DNA from: Octopus vulgaris
Lineage: Eukaryota
Length of the DNA: 64,000 bases
Direction: 5' to 3'
NCBI GenBank assembly: GCA_951406725.2
Contig: OX597833.1
Coordinates: forward strand, 68,882,001 to 68,946,000
The translations under genes and the position numbers were made by a program. The notes below the pieces were generated by a model. The model was not told the DNA's origin. It made no database searches and worked only from the letters and a program-made list of their open reading frames with translations. This document shows, piece by piece, positions 11,451 to 24,249 of the stretch (position 1 is its first letter; the number at the start of each line of letters is the position of its first letter).

Positions 11451-12153
11451 AGCCGACCGAATATTTTCATCTCTAACTTTTGCCGTAGTTCAAATTTGTT
11501 AAAAATGAAATGTCATCATAAAAAGGAAATGTCATCATGTCGCCAATTGCTTTAACTGAATTAGCTCGACATTAGTTCTTAAGGCCTTTTTTGCTCACAT
11601 TTCGTTGTGAGGAACAAAAATGCTAATCATTGAACATTTTTCCTGTTCCATTAAATATGTTAGAATTCATTTAACAATTATCAAAAACATGTTCCCGAGA
11701 ATTAGATTTGCATTTCAGTAGAGCAAAATTGCTTTAAACGATTCACGTTTCCAATATCCAGTCTTACTAATTTGTATTCGTTCCTATCTGAAGGTAAAAT
11801 ATGGAGCTGACTAACTGTATTCTTTTGTTTCACTATATTAAAATAATGAGGGTAGCCAGTCCCCATAACTCATTAGAATGTCTCGAAGACGAGTGAGATG
11901 ATTGTATCCTCCAATAGGATACCTGACCAGAATATTTGTATCAGTGTGAACTTGGCTAAAGTCATATAACATTACAAGTAATGGTGAAATAACATCTATT
12001 TAATTATTCTATAATGGCTTATAAAGCGAAATATCCTATCTATTTTCCATAAATGTCATGCGAAAGTCTTCTTGTACTCATTTATAATTTTTCAGGGCTT
12101 GGCTCGTTATCGATAGATATTATATTCATAAGTCGAGACCTTACTGCTCTGCA

Positions 12154-13625
12154 GGAAAGTTTGCAACGAGAACTTCCCGTGTATATATTTGAGGTGACAT
12201 ATAATGCATTTGTACCAATTTAAATGAATACACAATGAAATAACTGTGGCTGTTTTTGTCGTTGTTGTCTATCTACAGATGAGACACGAGGAAAAGGAAC
12301 GATGCCTAAATGTAAGATCGTCGTAACTAACAGTTTCTCTTCATACAGCAGATGCATCACATATGAAGTTTTGGTAAATATTTCCAGCATGTTTGAGTGG
12401 CTGCCTAGAAACTTCCTGGCTGGCTTGTGTAACACCAGTATATTTGGCGAGCTGGCAGAAACGTTAGTACGCCGGGCGAAATGCGTAGCCGTATTTCGTC
12501 TGCCGTTACGTTCTGAGTTCAAATTCCGCCGAGGTCGACTTTGCTTTTCATCATTTCGGGGTCGATAAATAAAGTACCAGTTTCGCACTGGGGTCGATGT
12601 AATCGACTTAATCCCTTTGTCTGTCCTTGTTTATCCCCTCTATGTTTAGCCCCTTGTGGGCAGTAAAGAAATATATATTCATGGTACTTTCCTGCTTTCA
12701 ACACGTATTTAAACGAAATAACTTCAATCCTCAGAAGGTACCACCACGTGTTCATTAGATTTGTTGGGATTAACTTTCAAATATCACAGTTTTAAACTCT
12801 GCTGAGTTATAAAAACGGAATTTTCCAATAATGTAGCTTAGTTACAAAAATGGTAGGATAGTCACGGCGAGAATGCCTCATCATGTCGATCATGTCAATA
12901 GGTCGATCAAGACTAAAAATAAACGCAAGCGTTTTTAATATTCCTGAATGAAAATTTAATTTTTGTCACTTGATTAGCTGTAATTCAGTATTTATCCCGA
13001 AGCTATATTATCAATGTTATTCCAACCATGACAATCTCGTTTATATATTTATTTATTTCTGGCATTGATATAGTATCTATGAATTCTCCATTAACCAAGT
13101 TTCTGCATCATTTGAGACTGATGCGCTTGATTTGAGAGAGATTTGTATGATAGTCGCAGCAGGTCAAGCGAGTGTGTACTTTTATATGGCTTGTATATAT
13201 ATAAATACACCCTACAGAAATAAAACAGTTTGAAGAAATGCGCTCACACTGAAATATTTACGAAAAGAGAAAAGTAACTGACCAGGTAAGTAACGATAAA
13301 ATGTTAGCAAGTGCTTGTCTGAGGATAAATTCTTGTGACGGTGTAATCGGAGGTTAATAGTGTTAATGATGAATAATGATAATGAACAAATTTATCAAAT
13401 ACTAAGTGTGATTCGCTTCACCAACAAAGATAACTATACACAATCACTCATTCTCCCAGAAGTGGAGGGTTCAAGGTTCCCAAGTTTCAGTCTGTGATCT
13501 CACGAAATGTATGAATGAATCATGTGGCTAACTTAGATTTGGTTATATTGGCGGAAATGTAAACGAGACGCCTGACGATTTGGAAAGTGTTACGCAACAC
13601 AAAGTTTTATTGGAAACAACTGTAG
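12154..13625 (+). pseudogene. Degenerate two-part FReD unit (12154-12373 and 13390-13625)
   Basis: First part bounded by TGCAG and GTAAAT (LQRE..FEVTY..LWL); second part RFTNKDN...RSGGF...LYWRK...LRNTKF. Confidence 0.35.
12446..12673 (+). mobile_element. tRNA-derived SINE, family B, young subfamily
   Basis: GGCGAGCTGGCAGAAACG head, GAGTTCAAATTCC B box, TTTCATCATTTCGGGGTCGATAAA block, tail GCCCCTTGTGGGCAGTAAAGAAATA. Confidence 0.92.
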
Positions 13626-13719
13626 CCTTTAAATGGCAAGTAATGAGATGCTCTGTTACTGAAGTTGGTTAGACAAATCCACGCAGTTGTAATTGTGGTA
13701 TTTGTAATTGAATGGAGCA

Positions 13720-13875
13720 CAGTTGTCACATTCTTTATCATGCTGAATCTCCCAGAAAACTACATGAAGGGTACACGCGTTTGTGAAGTGCTCAGCCACA
13801 TGTTAATTTTACAGGCAGGCTGGGCCGTTGACAGAATAGACTGGAACACTCATCGCCATTACCGACGGAGTACCA
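13720..13875 (+). mobile_element. 3' fragment of SINE family D
   Basis: Diverged match to 19150-19305 (GAAAACTACATGAAGGGTACACG...GCTCAGCCAC). Confidence 0.75.
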
Positions 13876-14267
13876 GTAATTCTTAGACCAGTTATGATCA
13901 TGTAGGCCTATATTCTATGAGTTCCATCCAGGTGAGTCTCGTAATACTTTTCAACATTGCATACAGAAATGCATTATCAAATTTGTATTCCTTTTACTTA
14001 GGATGGTTTTATGTCTTAAATGGCCTTCATCTTTAGCCTGGAGAACATGATATTCTTTTCTTGTTTGCTTGTGATACAAATTATAAAATAAATAGACTTT
14101 ATTCACACTTTCCCTTACGATGTCAGATCAACACTGGCGTGTTGTTTTGAAAACAAGTCGGCTGCTATTCTTTTAAAACTGATCTTCTTTCTAACTATTC
14201 GTTCAGTGGCTTGTAAGAAAACAACGTTTCTTAAAACAAAGCCAATTGCCTCTTCTCACACTTTGCA

Positions 14268-14808
14268 GGGAAACATATGACTGCTAAAGTATTTATCATA
14301 ATGGACTCTTCTTAGCAATGTTTAAAGAGGAAGCACATATTTGCCGGTAATTTGAAAACATTATTTTCTCTTATTACGACAGTAGTTTCATGGGTGAACG
14401 AACGATCAATTTAGAGCGAGTTACAGGATGTAGAGTTTCCCCTTTCTTACTTCCAATGGAGAAGCTACCCGTAAAAGAGACAATCGTAAAAATAATGAAA
14501 TCGCTAACTGTTTATCAGTCCATTAAACATAACACGATAAGCCAAGTGTATCTACGGAAAACAAAACAACATGGAAAAAATTTAAAACAGAAAACAAACA
14601 AAAGACGTAAAATATGTATTTATTTTCAATTTATTGTTGACGCTTTATTTCATATCAAATATTTGTGATGTTGAGATAGTTTATCGAGCTGTCGAAATGA
14701 ACATATTTTGAGTCTATTGATTCGGTGTTATATTGCCACTTAATTCATATTATATATGCTTATATATGCAAAAACACACGCATCACACGCCCTCTCTCTT
14801 TTCCCCTT

Positions 14809-14844
<36 letters not shown>

Positions 14845-14885
14845 ATACATTATATAAATATACATATAACGAATATATTCAAACT

Positions 14886-14916
<31 letters not shown>

Positions 14917-15365
14917 CTGTTAATATATACATATACATATATATATATATATATATAACATATGTGCTTCCACATATACAAAAACAAATATATGCACATG
15001 CACACCGATATCTGAATTATTAGTAACAGAATTCGAAGTAATAGGGTAATTCTGGAATCAGTGACATTCCCCATGTTATTTCTAACATGTTAGACTCCAT
15101 TTCAGAATATGTATTCAGTTATGCGATGTTTGACTCGGTTAAGTAGGATAATAACGCAGGGATTATAATCGAAATATTTAACATAATACAACAAAGTGCT
15201 AACATACCGCTGGCAAGAAGACTGACTGTGAAATAAATCATAGATACACTTGAAATATTTGACATAGTGAAACATTATTTTTGGTTTGTTTGACTGGTTT
15301 GCAGCTGTATATTGAACTAAGATATAAGGTGACGCTACCAACTGATGAAAGTAAGAAGCGCAATA
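14268..15365 (+). pseudogene. Degenerate two-part FReD unit (14268-14640 and 15108-15365)
   Basis: After TTGCAG: YDC*SIYHNG...GERTINLERVTG...IMKSLT; second part after TTTCAG ends GLFDWF...LMKVR (cf. terminal MKIRP). Confidence 0.45.
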
Positions 15366-15656
15366 TATATTTTAGTTGCATTCGTTTTTTGATATATTAG
15401 TTTCCAAGTTTTTCACTGGCACCAAAAGCTCCATGCGCAGACAGAGTTTCATAATGCTTGCCGTATTAAACTAGCTCATGATTGAAATTACGGATTACAT
15501 TTTAACAAATATTTCGATTACAAGAACGTTCTAGTGTGTTTTATAATGTATTCAAAAGAGCGCCGATTTTGTTTGAATGCGGTTGGTGCTATTCCTGTTG
15601 AATGTCTAACACACGAAGTGATTCTCATTTCAGTTCGTGATGATGAGAGGGCAGCT

Positions 15657-15658
<2 letters not shown>

Positions 15659-15696
<38 letters not shown>

Positions 15697-15968
15697 ATGT
15701 ATATATGTATGTATATGTATATATGTATGTATATGTATGTATATGTATATATATGTATATATGTATGTATATGTATATGTATATATGTATGCATATATGT
15801 ATGTATGTATGCATGCATATATGCATGCATGTATGCATGTATATATGTATGCATGTATGCATGTATATATGTATGCATGTATGTATGTATGTATGTATGT
15901 ATGTATGTGTGTATGTATGTATGTGTGTGTGTGTGTGTGTGTGCGCGCGCGCGCATATGTACACACAC
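15659..15968. repeat. Compound (TA)n(TATG)n(TG)n(CG)n microsatellite
   Basis: Direct reading. Confidence 0.95.
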
Positions 15969-16139
15969 AATTTTTCTCTCTAGCTTCAGCTCAGAGCTGC
16001 AGCCATGCTTATCCACGGTCTTCCATATATATATATATATATACATATATATATGAGTGTATACCTCTCCCGCCTTTCCCATTAGCTGAGCTGAAGCAAT
16101 CCAGCGAAGCTTCACAAAGAAGATCGGCACATTGCTACA

Positions 16140-16500
16140 ATGTCCGCAGTTAATTTTACACTGTTCGCTGACCATAGCTGGGAGCAGTAATCCAGGACGC
16201 TGAGGATGAATGTTCTACAGAACCACCATCATGGTTTCTACTTCTCTGGTTCTGAATGTTCTCAGGATCCAGCCAGTCAGTCATATTTTCTGCGAGACCT
16301 TAGTATCGTCTGTGTAGTTAGCATGGGCGGCTATCCTGGCATTTGAGGGCATATATGAGAGGGTTCCCAAGACAGTTCCCTGTTGAACACCGCTCACTAT
16401 TTGTGATTTCGTTGAGTGGATGCATTGGCCACTACCGCTCGACTTCTATCTTTCAGAAAGTCATGTAACCACTCTCCAAGTTGTCAAGCTATGCCGAGAT
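16140..16500 (-). mobile_element. CR1/L2-type LINE reverse transcriptase remnant
   Basis: GIA*QLGEWLHDFLKDRSRAVVAN...VSGVQQGTVLG...YTDDTK (cf. SGVPQGSVLGP and YADDTK). Confidence 0.8.
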
Positions 16501-16604
16501 TACACATTATATCTACCTATATATATATATATATGTATATATATATTGGTGTTGTTATCAATATTACTAGCTAATATAATATAATCGACTAGCTAATATA
16601 ATCG

Positions 16605-16790
16605 ATACCGCGCCGTACAAGATGCTTAGCGTTATGCCTTCTAGCTCTTTCAGTTCTAAATTCAAATGTCGTGCAGGTAGACCTTGCATTTCATTACTTC
16701 GCGGTCGTTAAATAAGTACCAGTTGAACACTGCAGTCGATATAATCGACTAATCCCTCTCGTCATAAGTGCGTACTCTGTACCAAAATAT
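16605..16790 (+). mobile_element. SINE family B, old copy
   Basis: Diverged ATGCTTAGCG...AAGTACCAGTTG...GTCGATATAATCGACT. Confidence 0.7.
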
Positions 16791-17717
16791 ATTATTATTA
16801 TTATTATTTTAGCATTATTATTATATTTCATTCATTATAATTTTCAATAATATAAGAAAATATCATTATTTTCACGCACATACACCTCCCACAAAAAACA
16901 CATTTCTTAACATTACTATTTCGATTGTTTTTACGTAATAATTATTTTCGTTATTCTTATTGTTCGAATTAGTAGTTATTATTTCAAACATTCATATTAT
17001 TGAAACAAAGCGAAAATAAAATTAAAGAATATATAATAAAAGTGATACGAAATTGAAATACTAAAGACATAAGAAATTTTGTAAATTACGTTATAAGACA
17101 ATCGATAATGAAAGCCGGTTATTCTGATAGCACTCGATCACAAAATTACGAGAGAAAATGTTGACAATATATAATAAATTTCTTTTTAAAAATTTGTATA
17201 TATTATTGCTTCTCAAATATGATGAGTGTACGTTCATTATCAACATTTTATGGATATTTTGCATATAAGTTTTAGTGACGTATGCGGAAACAACAGCAAA
17301 AGAAACATACCTATGTAATATGGAAATGAAATGCTTACCATCAAACTATTTTAGTTGCTTTATTCATTGTGTTGTGGCCAAGTTGGAGCACAACGTGAGA
17401 CCAGTACTTATTCTAAATACATGTGTTATGTTTTATGTTTTGACCAACAGCTGGCTTAAGGAAATGTTGAGCGACTGCATTGTGTGAGAAGCGGTGAATG
17501 ATACTCACACTCGCGCGTGCATCAGTTTCTTCCGAGCATTCTACCAAATTCATTTGTGGTAGATTAGTCGGTTCGAAGCTAAATTATAAAACATACAAGT
17601 AAGTCTCAGTGCCAAGTGCATAAGAAGCGAGTATCTTGAGCATTTTGCCACAATTGTGCATTGTATTCATCCATAGAACCGCAGAAGTTCTCGTGTACGT
17701 TCACTAGATGTTATATA

Positions 17718-18103
17718 TCTCTCACTATATAAAGCTGAAGTTGTCTGTGTATGGCAGGTTTGGTAGCCTTCAACTAACACTATCTCCTCCGAGACCCTGC
17801 GGCGCAAGTTGACCAAAATTGAGATTGTGATAGAAGAAGGCTTGCTCTTCCTTCCGTTGAAGAATAAATTGAAATCGAACCATGTTAACATCAAAAATTA
17901 TTTACATCAAAAAGGTGCTTTTTTTCCTATGAAAATTCCTATTTTTTACGATTTTTTACTGCTGTGTCACCAATTTTCTGTGTATTTCAACCAGGAAAAT
18001 GTTCACTTAAAGAGAATAACAAGCTACATAATACAAACATTTTACTTTTCAAAAATTCTAAAGGGTCGAAACAAACCCGAGCAACGCCGGGTTATACTGC
18101 TAG
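17718..18103 (+). mobile_element. Non-autonomous Helitron, variant interior
   Basis: 5' A|TC; 3' hairpin CCCGAGCAACGCCGGG then CTAG; termini shared with 35995-36377. Confidence 0.8.
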
Positions 18104-18189
18104 CATATTATATAACTATATATTGCAAGAATATGCGCCTCAAATAACACTCACTGGACTTAAGAAGAAATGTAGACCGTATGGTGCGA

Positions 18190-18850
18190 TATGACGTTGA
18201 GTTTCCTAAAAATTGCCAGGGTGACTTCTTTAGAAGGTTTATTATTCATTAATATACTGAATGAAATCTATCGCAATACCAACAAAAATATTAACTATAC
18301 AAACGAAGCCGTTTGTATTGCCTTCACCGTTAATGTTTGAAGTACAATTGTGAACATTTTTCTCGATGATTAAAGAATGAAATGTTTTAAATAGATTACA
18401 TGTAAATAAGTAAGAAACAATATAAGTAGTCATCTACACATTCCTTATAAAAATGGCTTCCAAATCTTGGTAGTTTGTGATGTCAGATAACTTGTGCAGG
18501 ATAAGTTTTTAATGAAAGACCAAATTAATTGGTTCTCTTTTTACTTCAAATTGTACAAGGCCCAGTGTTTTATCGAACCTATAATTTCATTCGATAAACA
18601 CACACTAATTCTTAGCTTATCGAACATAAACATACGGATTCTCAATATATATTCAGACAAGAAATCTTCATTTCAGTTTATATTGTTTTCCTTTCACCTG
18701 GTTTTCACCATCTTTCTTGTTCTAGACATTTCTAAAAATTTGCCTCGTGCTTTTGTTGATTATCTAACAGCTTTAACCTCTGGCCCTTTATCTGCCTTTG
18801 TTCCCCTTAAGGAAATCCACTTTCATCTTCATTATTAATCATTTTTCCCT
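18190..18850 (-). pseudogene. Degenerate FReD unit
   Basis: LRISVCL...KHWALYN; then HNCTSNINGE...VGI (cf. C..SNLNG.Y...GI). Confidence 0.4.
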
Positions 18851-18928
18851 TCACCCCTACTTTTATTCTTCTGTATTTATTTTTTCTTCTCTCTCTCTCT
18901 CCACCCAAACACTATTCGTTTAAATGTG

Positions 18929-19310
18929 GTGACGCAATGGCCCAGTGGTTAGGGCAGCGGACTCGCAGTCATAGGATCGCGGTTTCGATTCCCAGACCGG
19001 GCGTTGTGAGTGTTTATTGAGCGAAAACACCTAAAAGCTCTACGAGGCTCCGGCAGGGGATGGTGGTGATCCCTGCTGTACTCTTTCACCACAACTTTCT
19101 CTCACTCTTACTTCCTGTTTCTGTTGTACCTGTATTTCAAAGGGCCGGCCTTGTCACTCTCTGTGTTACGCTGAATATCCCCGAGAACTACGTCAAGGGT
19201 ACACGTGTCTGTGGACTGCTCAGCCACTTACACGTTAATTTCACGAGCAGGCTGTTCCTTTGATTCGGATCAACCGGAACCCTCATCGTCGTAACCGACG
19301 AGTGCTTCCA
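18929..19310 (+). mobile_element. tRNA-derived SINE, family D, full length
   Basis: A box TGGCCCAGTGG, B box GGTTTCGATTCC; related copies at 1-206 and 13720-13875. Confidence 0.88.
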
Positions 19311-19339
19311 TTCGTTTAAATTCACATGACTACACTCTC

Positions 19340-19640
19340 CACCGAAAGATTCTATTTAAAACTAAGATGTTACCACTTCATTTCAGCAAACACATTTATT
19401 CAAATTTGATTTGTTTATGCTGGCTAATTTGCTGACGCATAACCAACACTAGTTTTCTCAGATCTTACTATTTCGTTTATCTTATCAAATTACTCTGTTT
19501 ACGTAAACAACTAGACATTTCCGGCCACTGTAAATATATTCAGTGCAATAAACTATTGTATATTGTAATAACTGAAATACAATGCACCGCATGGTGCTTG
19601 TTATCGGGAATAATATGGCAAATGTTTGGAGAACAAAATA
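19340..19640 (-). pseudogene. Possible degenerate FReD segment
   Basis: IVYCTEYIYSGRKCLVVY resembles VYCDM..GG.W.VI. Confidence 0.25.
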
Positions 19641-19729
19641 TAAATTATTGAATTAATTTGCCATGAAGATAGAAATATTCCAGCATCCCGGATACTGGCT
19701 TTCCGTAGAAAAGTGTGAGAATATATATA

Positions 19730-20144
19730 TATTTCTTTACTGCCCAGAAGGGGCTAAACATAGAGGGGACAAACAAGGACAGACGAAGGGATTGAGTCGA
19801 TTACATCGACCCCAGTGCGAAATTGGTATTTTATTTATCGACCCCGAAAGGACGAAAGGCAAAGTTGAACTCGGCGGAATTTGAACTCAGAGCGTAACGA
19901 CAGACGAAATACCTATTTCTTTATTATCCACAAGGGGCCAAACACAGAGGGGACAAACAAGGACAGACATAGGTATTAAGTCGATTACATCGACCCCAGT
20001 GCGTAACTGGTACTTAATTTATCGACCCCGAAAGGACGAAAGGCAAAGTTGACCTCGGCCGAATTTGAACTCAGAACGTAACGGCAGACGAAATACCGCT
20101 AAGCATTTCGCCCGGCGCGCTAACGTGTCTGCCAGCTCGCCGCC
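19730..20144 (-). mobile_element. SINE family B, dimeric/self-nested copy
   Basis: Full unit followed at junction 19913/19914 by a second unit starting at GGTATTTCGTCTG; flanking direct repeat AGAATATATA. Confidence 0.92.
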
Positions 20145-20371
20145 TAAAGAATATATATAAAGTCTTTGTCAGTTCTGCTACAAAAACAACGCAACTATGC
20201 GACTAATATCTCTCTTTTCACTCCTTTCTTGAAAAAAAAAAGGAACACGTGTCTGAGACTTTATGGATGTCGCTACTCCCAAAGTGTCCAATCGCTGAAA
20301 CTTAGTTTTCACCTTCAATCATTTTATAAATTGATCTAATGCAACATTAAATTGAAAATGAAAACCTACAA

Positions 20372-20536
20372 GGCGCAGGAGTGACTGTGTGGTAAGTAGC
20401 TTGCTTACAAACCACATGGTTCCGGGTTCAGTCCCACTGCGTGGCATCTTGGGCAGGTGTCTTCTACTATAGCCTCGGGCCGACCAAAGCCTCGTGAGTG
20501 GATTTGGTAGAGGGAAACTGAAAGAAGCCCGTCCTA

Positions 20537-20583
<47 letters not shown>

Positions 20584-20753
20584 GTGTGTGTGTTTGTGTG
20601 TCTGTCCCCCCAGCATCGCTTGACAATCGATGCTGGTGTGTTTATGTCCCCGTTACATAGCGGTTCAGTAAAAGAGACCGATAGAATAAGTACTGGGCTT
20701 ACAAAGAATTTGCTCGACTAAAGGCGCAATGACTGAAACAAGTAAAAGAGTAA
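20372..20753 (+). mobile_element. SINE family A
   Basis: High identity to 2259-2762 and 40021-40463, with 3' deletions. Confidence 0.92.
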
Positions 20754-21124
20754 GGTAGAGTTCTAGAAATAGAATTCATGACAATTTACAGATACCAGTA
20801 ATTTCGGTTCCTACGTAGATAGCTAATATATCTAAGCTTTGGTTTGTATGGAGGAATCTCACTATAGGTTTATTGGGCTGGGTAGAGGCTCTGCCGCCTT
20901 TTTAATCAGTTTCTACAGATTAATATGCATATTGTTTAACGGACACATGAGTATATATTCATCAAAACAGTGAGTTTCCAAAAAGTAACCCATGAATATT
21001 AGGATATTTCCTCACTCACACATTATATGACGCATGCGATATCTTCCAGTGGTGGTGCCCCAGCATGACCGCAGCTTTCAATCTGAAACTAGTTAAAATA
21101 TTTCACACATATATATATATATAT

Positions 21125-21300
21125 TGGCGATTTTTTTCCTCTGTCTTCCCTTCTCTGGATCTTTCCTTTTTCTATGTTTCCGACGAAGAGCTCCGCTCGA
21201 AACGTTAAACCCTCCTTCTTTCCTGAACGTCCAATAATACTATATTTGTTCCACGTCCTCGCGTTGTTGTGTTTTTTTGTGCTTTCTTGTTTGGATCAAC
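21125..21300 (+). mobile_element. Short hammerhead-bearing element inside (TA)n
   Basis: Contains the motif at 21176-21210; TA repeats on both sides. Confidence 0.6.
21176..21210 (+). ncRNA. Minimal type I hammerhead ribozyme motif (U4 mutated to C)
   Basis: GUUU-CCGACGA-A-GAGC(ucc)GCUC-GAAA-CGUU-AAAC; stem I GUUU/AAAC, stem II GAGC/GCUC, palindromic stem III AACGUU. Confidence 0.7.
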
Positions 21301-21318
21301 TATACATATATATATATA

Positions 21319-21684
21319 CTAGCAGTATCGCCCGGCGTTGCTCAGGTTTGTATAACTATAAAGCATTTTTGAGAGTTATAGCCAAAAAATAGCAAAAAAA
21401 TGGAAAAAAAGGATGGTAAATTTTTTTAGTTAAAAAAGGTGGAGTTGCGTCCCCTAGACAGTTTGCGGTTTGTGTTTCTGATTCTCGACCCCATGTCGAA
21501 TTTATCGATTCTTTTCAGAACTGGGGAACTTTTCAAAATTTTCGCTGCGTTAGTTTTGAATTATGACATTGGGCTATGTGTGTGTCAAGTTTCATCAGAA
21601 TCGGTTGAAAGCCGTGGTCAGGGTGAGGGTACAAGCAAACAGACACACAGAAACACGCACAGACAAACTGCCGTTTATATAGAG

Positions 21685-21685
<1 letters not shown>
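21319..21685 (-). mobile_element. Non-autonomous Helitron
   Basis: Near-identical reverse complement of 35995-36377; A|TC...hairpin-CTAG|T termini. Confidence 0.88.
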
Positions 21686-21725
<40 letters not shown>

Positions 21726-21888
21726 GTGTATCATTCAAAATATCACTTAAGGTGTTGCATGCGCACACCTAATCAAATCTAATGAGTTGCCCATTTCTAT
21801 TCATACAAAAACGTAATTTAAAATCGAGTCAAACTGTTAAGATGTGTGTGTGTGCATATAGGTATATGTGTATACGTATGCCTATAAG

Positions 21889-22185
21889 TTTTGCATTTTA
21901 TTATTGAGTTCAGTTCAGTATTTTCAATATTATTAAAGTAATTGAAAATGTAAGGCTTGCATTAGCCAATGGCCTTGTATGCATTTCAATAAGTCAACTT
22001 TTATATGCATTCACCAATATTAGAAATTCTAGAAGCAAATAAATTCAAAAAAGCATCAAATCACTAATATATATATATTGACCGATCGAATTTTGCATTT
22101 TATTTATTTCGTATTTTCAATATTATTAAAGTTTGAAAATGTAAGGCTTGCATTAGCCAATGGCTTGTATGCATTCCAATGAGTA
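21889..22185. repeat. Local ~100-bp direct duplication
   Basis: GAAAATGTAAGGCTTGCATTAGCCAATGGC block at ~21945 and ~22135. Confidence 0.85.
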
Positions 22186-22593
22186 TTCATTTCCAGTTTT
22201 AAAAATAGATTCACTCTTCAACTCCGCTGACATGCAATTTGCATTTGTCATTTCTGTTGTTTTTTTTTCTTCGTATTTCCAACTTTAGTATCGTTGTAAT
22301 TACAGTTAGCCAGCCCATAGCTAATACTTTTAAATATTACAGCAATAATTATTAGATTTTACATATATGACATGATGCAATAATATAATATAGTTTACGG
22401 TTGTTGGTTTTGGTTCGAATTTTTAGTTTTATTTAGAATGTAATATTAAATAAACATGTGTCGTGACATTTAAATTGAATATGTTTCACCGAAGCATTAA
22501 ATAACAGATGACTTAATTTTGTCTCTATTACTTGATGTGCTATGAAACTTAACCATATCTCAGAACGTCGGAATATCATTTAAATTAAAGATA

Positions 22594-22631
<38 letters not shown>

Positions 22632-23265
22632 AAATGCCTACTTCGTGTGCTTGACACGTTAAAATATTCATGCATGCTAATGACACAACTGCAAAATAAT
22701 TTCGTCTGCAAAAATCAATACATTAGCAGCAAAATTATGGATTGATATGTTTTGTAACAGCAGTAGTTTCTGTAGCACATCATGAATAGTTTCGTTTGGT
22801 GATTTCTATTAACGACAACGTCATAATTTCTTGTTCTGTCAAAGGTAAAATAAATGAGCTGCTGCGATTAGTAATTTGCATCTGATACAGCAGCGACTAC
22901 CATAACAAACGTTAATATTCTCTGCAGATTTGATGGTACGTGTTAACGAGTCAGTTAATCTACTCGCATTTTAGAGACTTACTGTTTAAGGGACCTGCTG
23001 TTCTTTACCGTACAGATCCTAATTAAGCCGACCTATTATAAATTACTACCTTGCCCGACACATCTTATTGTTATATACTTTCTTTATTAAGGACTATATA
23101 AAACACTTCATATTTTCCCTTTTCATAAGATTTGAGGGATATTTCGCGGCAGTTTCTAGCCATCCTTTTATGGTGCGGAACTTATGTGTTTGTTGAACTT
23201 ATACGCAATTAGAAAATTACTATTTGGAAATCTCACAATGAGAGATATTCAGCAACAGTACTTTG

Positions 23266-23481
23266 GAGTAAAGATTAATTGCCAACATAACATAGCAGTC
23301 CTGGTTTAGGACAACTGTTGCTGTAATTTAGCCCCAGGAGACATCGTCTCCAGCTGGCTATACGACACGATCTGTGTCCTTTATATTTTCGAAAATGTAA
23401 GGACACATATCGTGTCTAAATTACAACAAAATTCGTCCTAAACCAGGACTGCCATTTTACGTTGGCAAATAATCTTTACTC
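23266..23481. mobile_element. Fold-back MITE with nested internal hairpin
   Basis: ~60-bp TIRs GAGTAAAGATT..GCAGTCCTGGTTTAGGAC / GTCCTAAACCAGGACTGC..AATCTTTACTC; inner GACACGAT..ATCGTGTC hairpin. Confidence 0.8.
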
Positions 23482-24249
23482 ATTATACGCTATTATTTAG
23501 TTCCATGGATTTTTTGAGTACCTATAGACTCAGAATTGCATTATGTAATTAATTAGTTTTGGCATGTGATTCGAACGACTTTGACGGTTATTTTTAATAG
23601 AGGCAAGCACTTCATAGAGCTTCGTTCCATAAATCATTGGTCTAAGAACCGCCGCACGCCAATAGAAACATTTTTGTCTTCAGCTATTTAAATATTTTTG
23701 ATTGTTTTTCGAGATGATAGCTGACATTGAAAGTGGGTCCGATCGTATGAGTACTACGTTAAAAAAAAAAATAGAAGTCGATTCGTTCGACTACAGTTCC
23801 TAAAGACGGTGCCCCAGCATGGACGCGGTCTAATCACAGAAACAAAACAAATAATATGTGAATGAAATAACCAAAAGGGCACGATAGTGAAAACGACCGG
23901 ATGAGACGGTGTCCTTCCGGAGGATTTTTGGGACCAAAATTATTCGACGAGAGGATCTCTGCATTGGAAGTTCACAGCTCTGGTCCTGATGGATGTGTGG
24001 TTCCATTGCCGAAAGCAAGTCTCACAAACAAGGATTCTTCAACTGAAGCCAACTATGAGAAGACCTTGAGGGAGACCTATAATCCATAGTTTTACTAGGT
24101 GACGCTTGGGAATACTGCCGGAAACAGTAACAATAGGCGAAGCGACTCAGGAATCTACCTCCGCCCATTTCCCATAAATATTAGGCGTAGAAGATGGATA
24201 AATGGCTAGAATAATCAACAATTTATAGATCATATTGTTTCAATAGACC

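Noticed and set aside
13218-13291. Small exon with a strong GTAAGT donor
   Set aside because: Stops in all three frames and no support for a transcript
15534-16175. Overlapping ORFs rich in Y/I/H/T/C/V/M (also at 2.2, 29.3, 33.6, 45.5 and 59.2 kb)
   Set aside because: Microsatellite translations
18929-19005. tRNA gene
   Set aside because: The tRNA-like A/B boxes continue into a repeated SINE body; the same holds for all SINE heads
22600-22950. Further possible FReD segments (also 4400-4720, 17270-17400, 29725-29845 and 63420-63900)
   Set aside because: Only one or two weak motifs each; not listed without an HMM score
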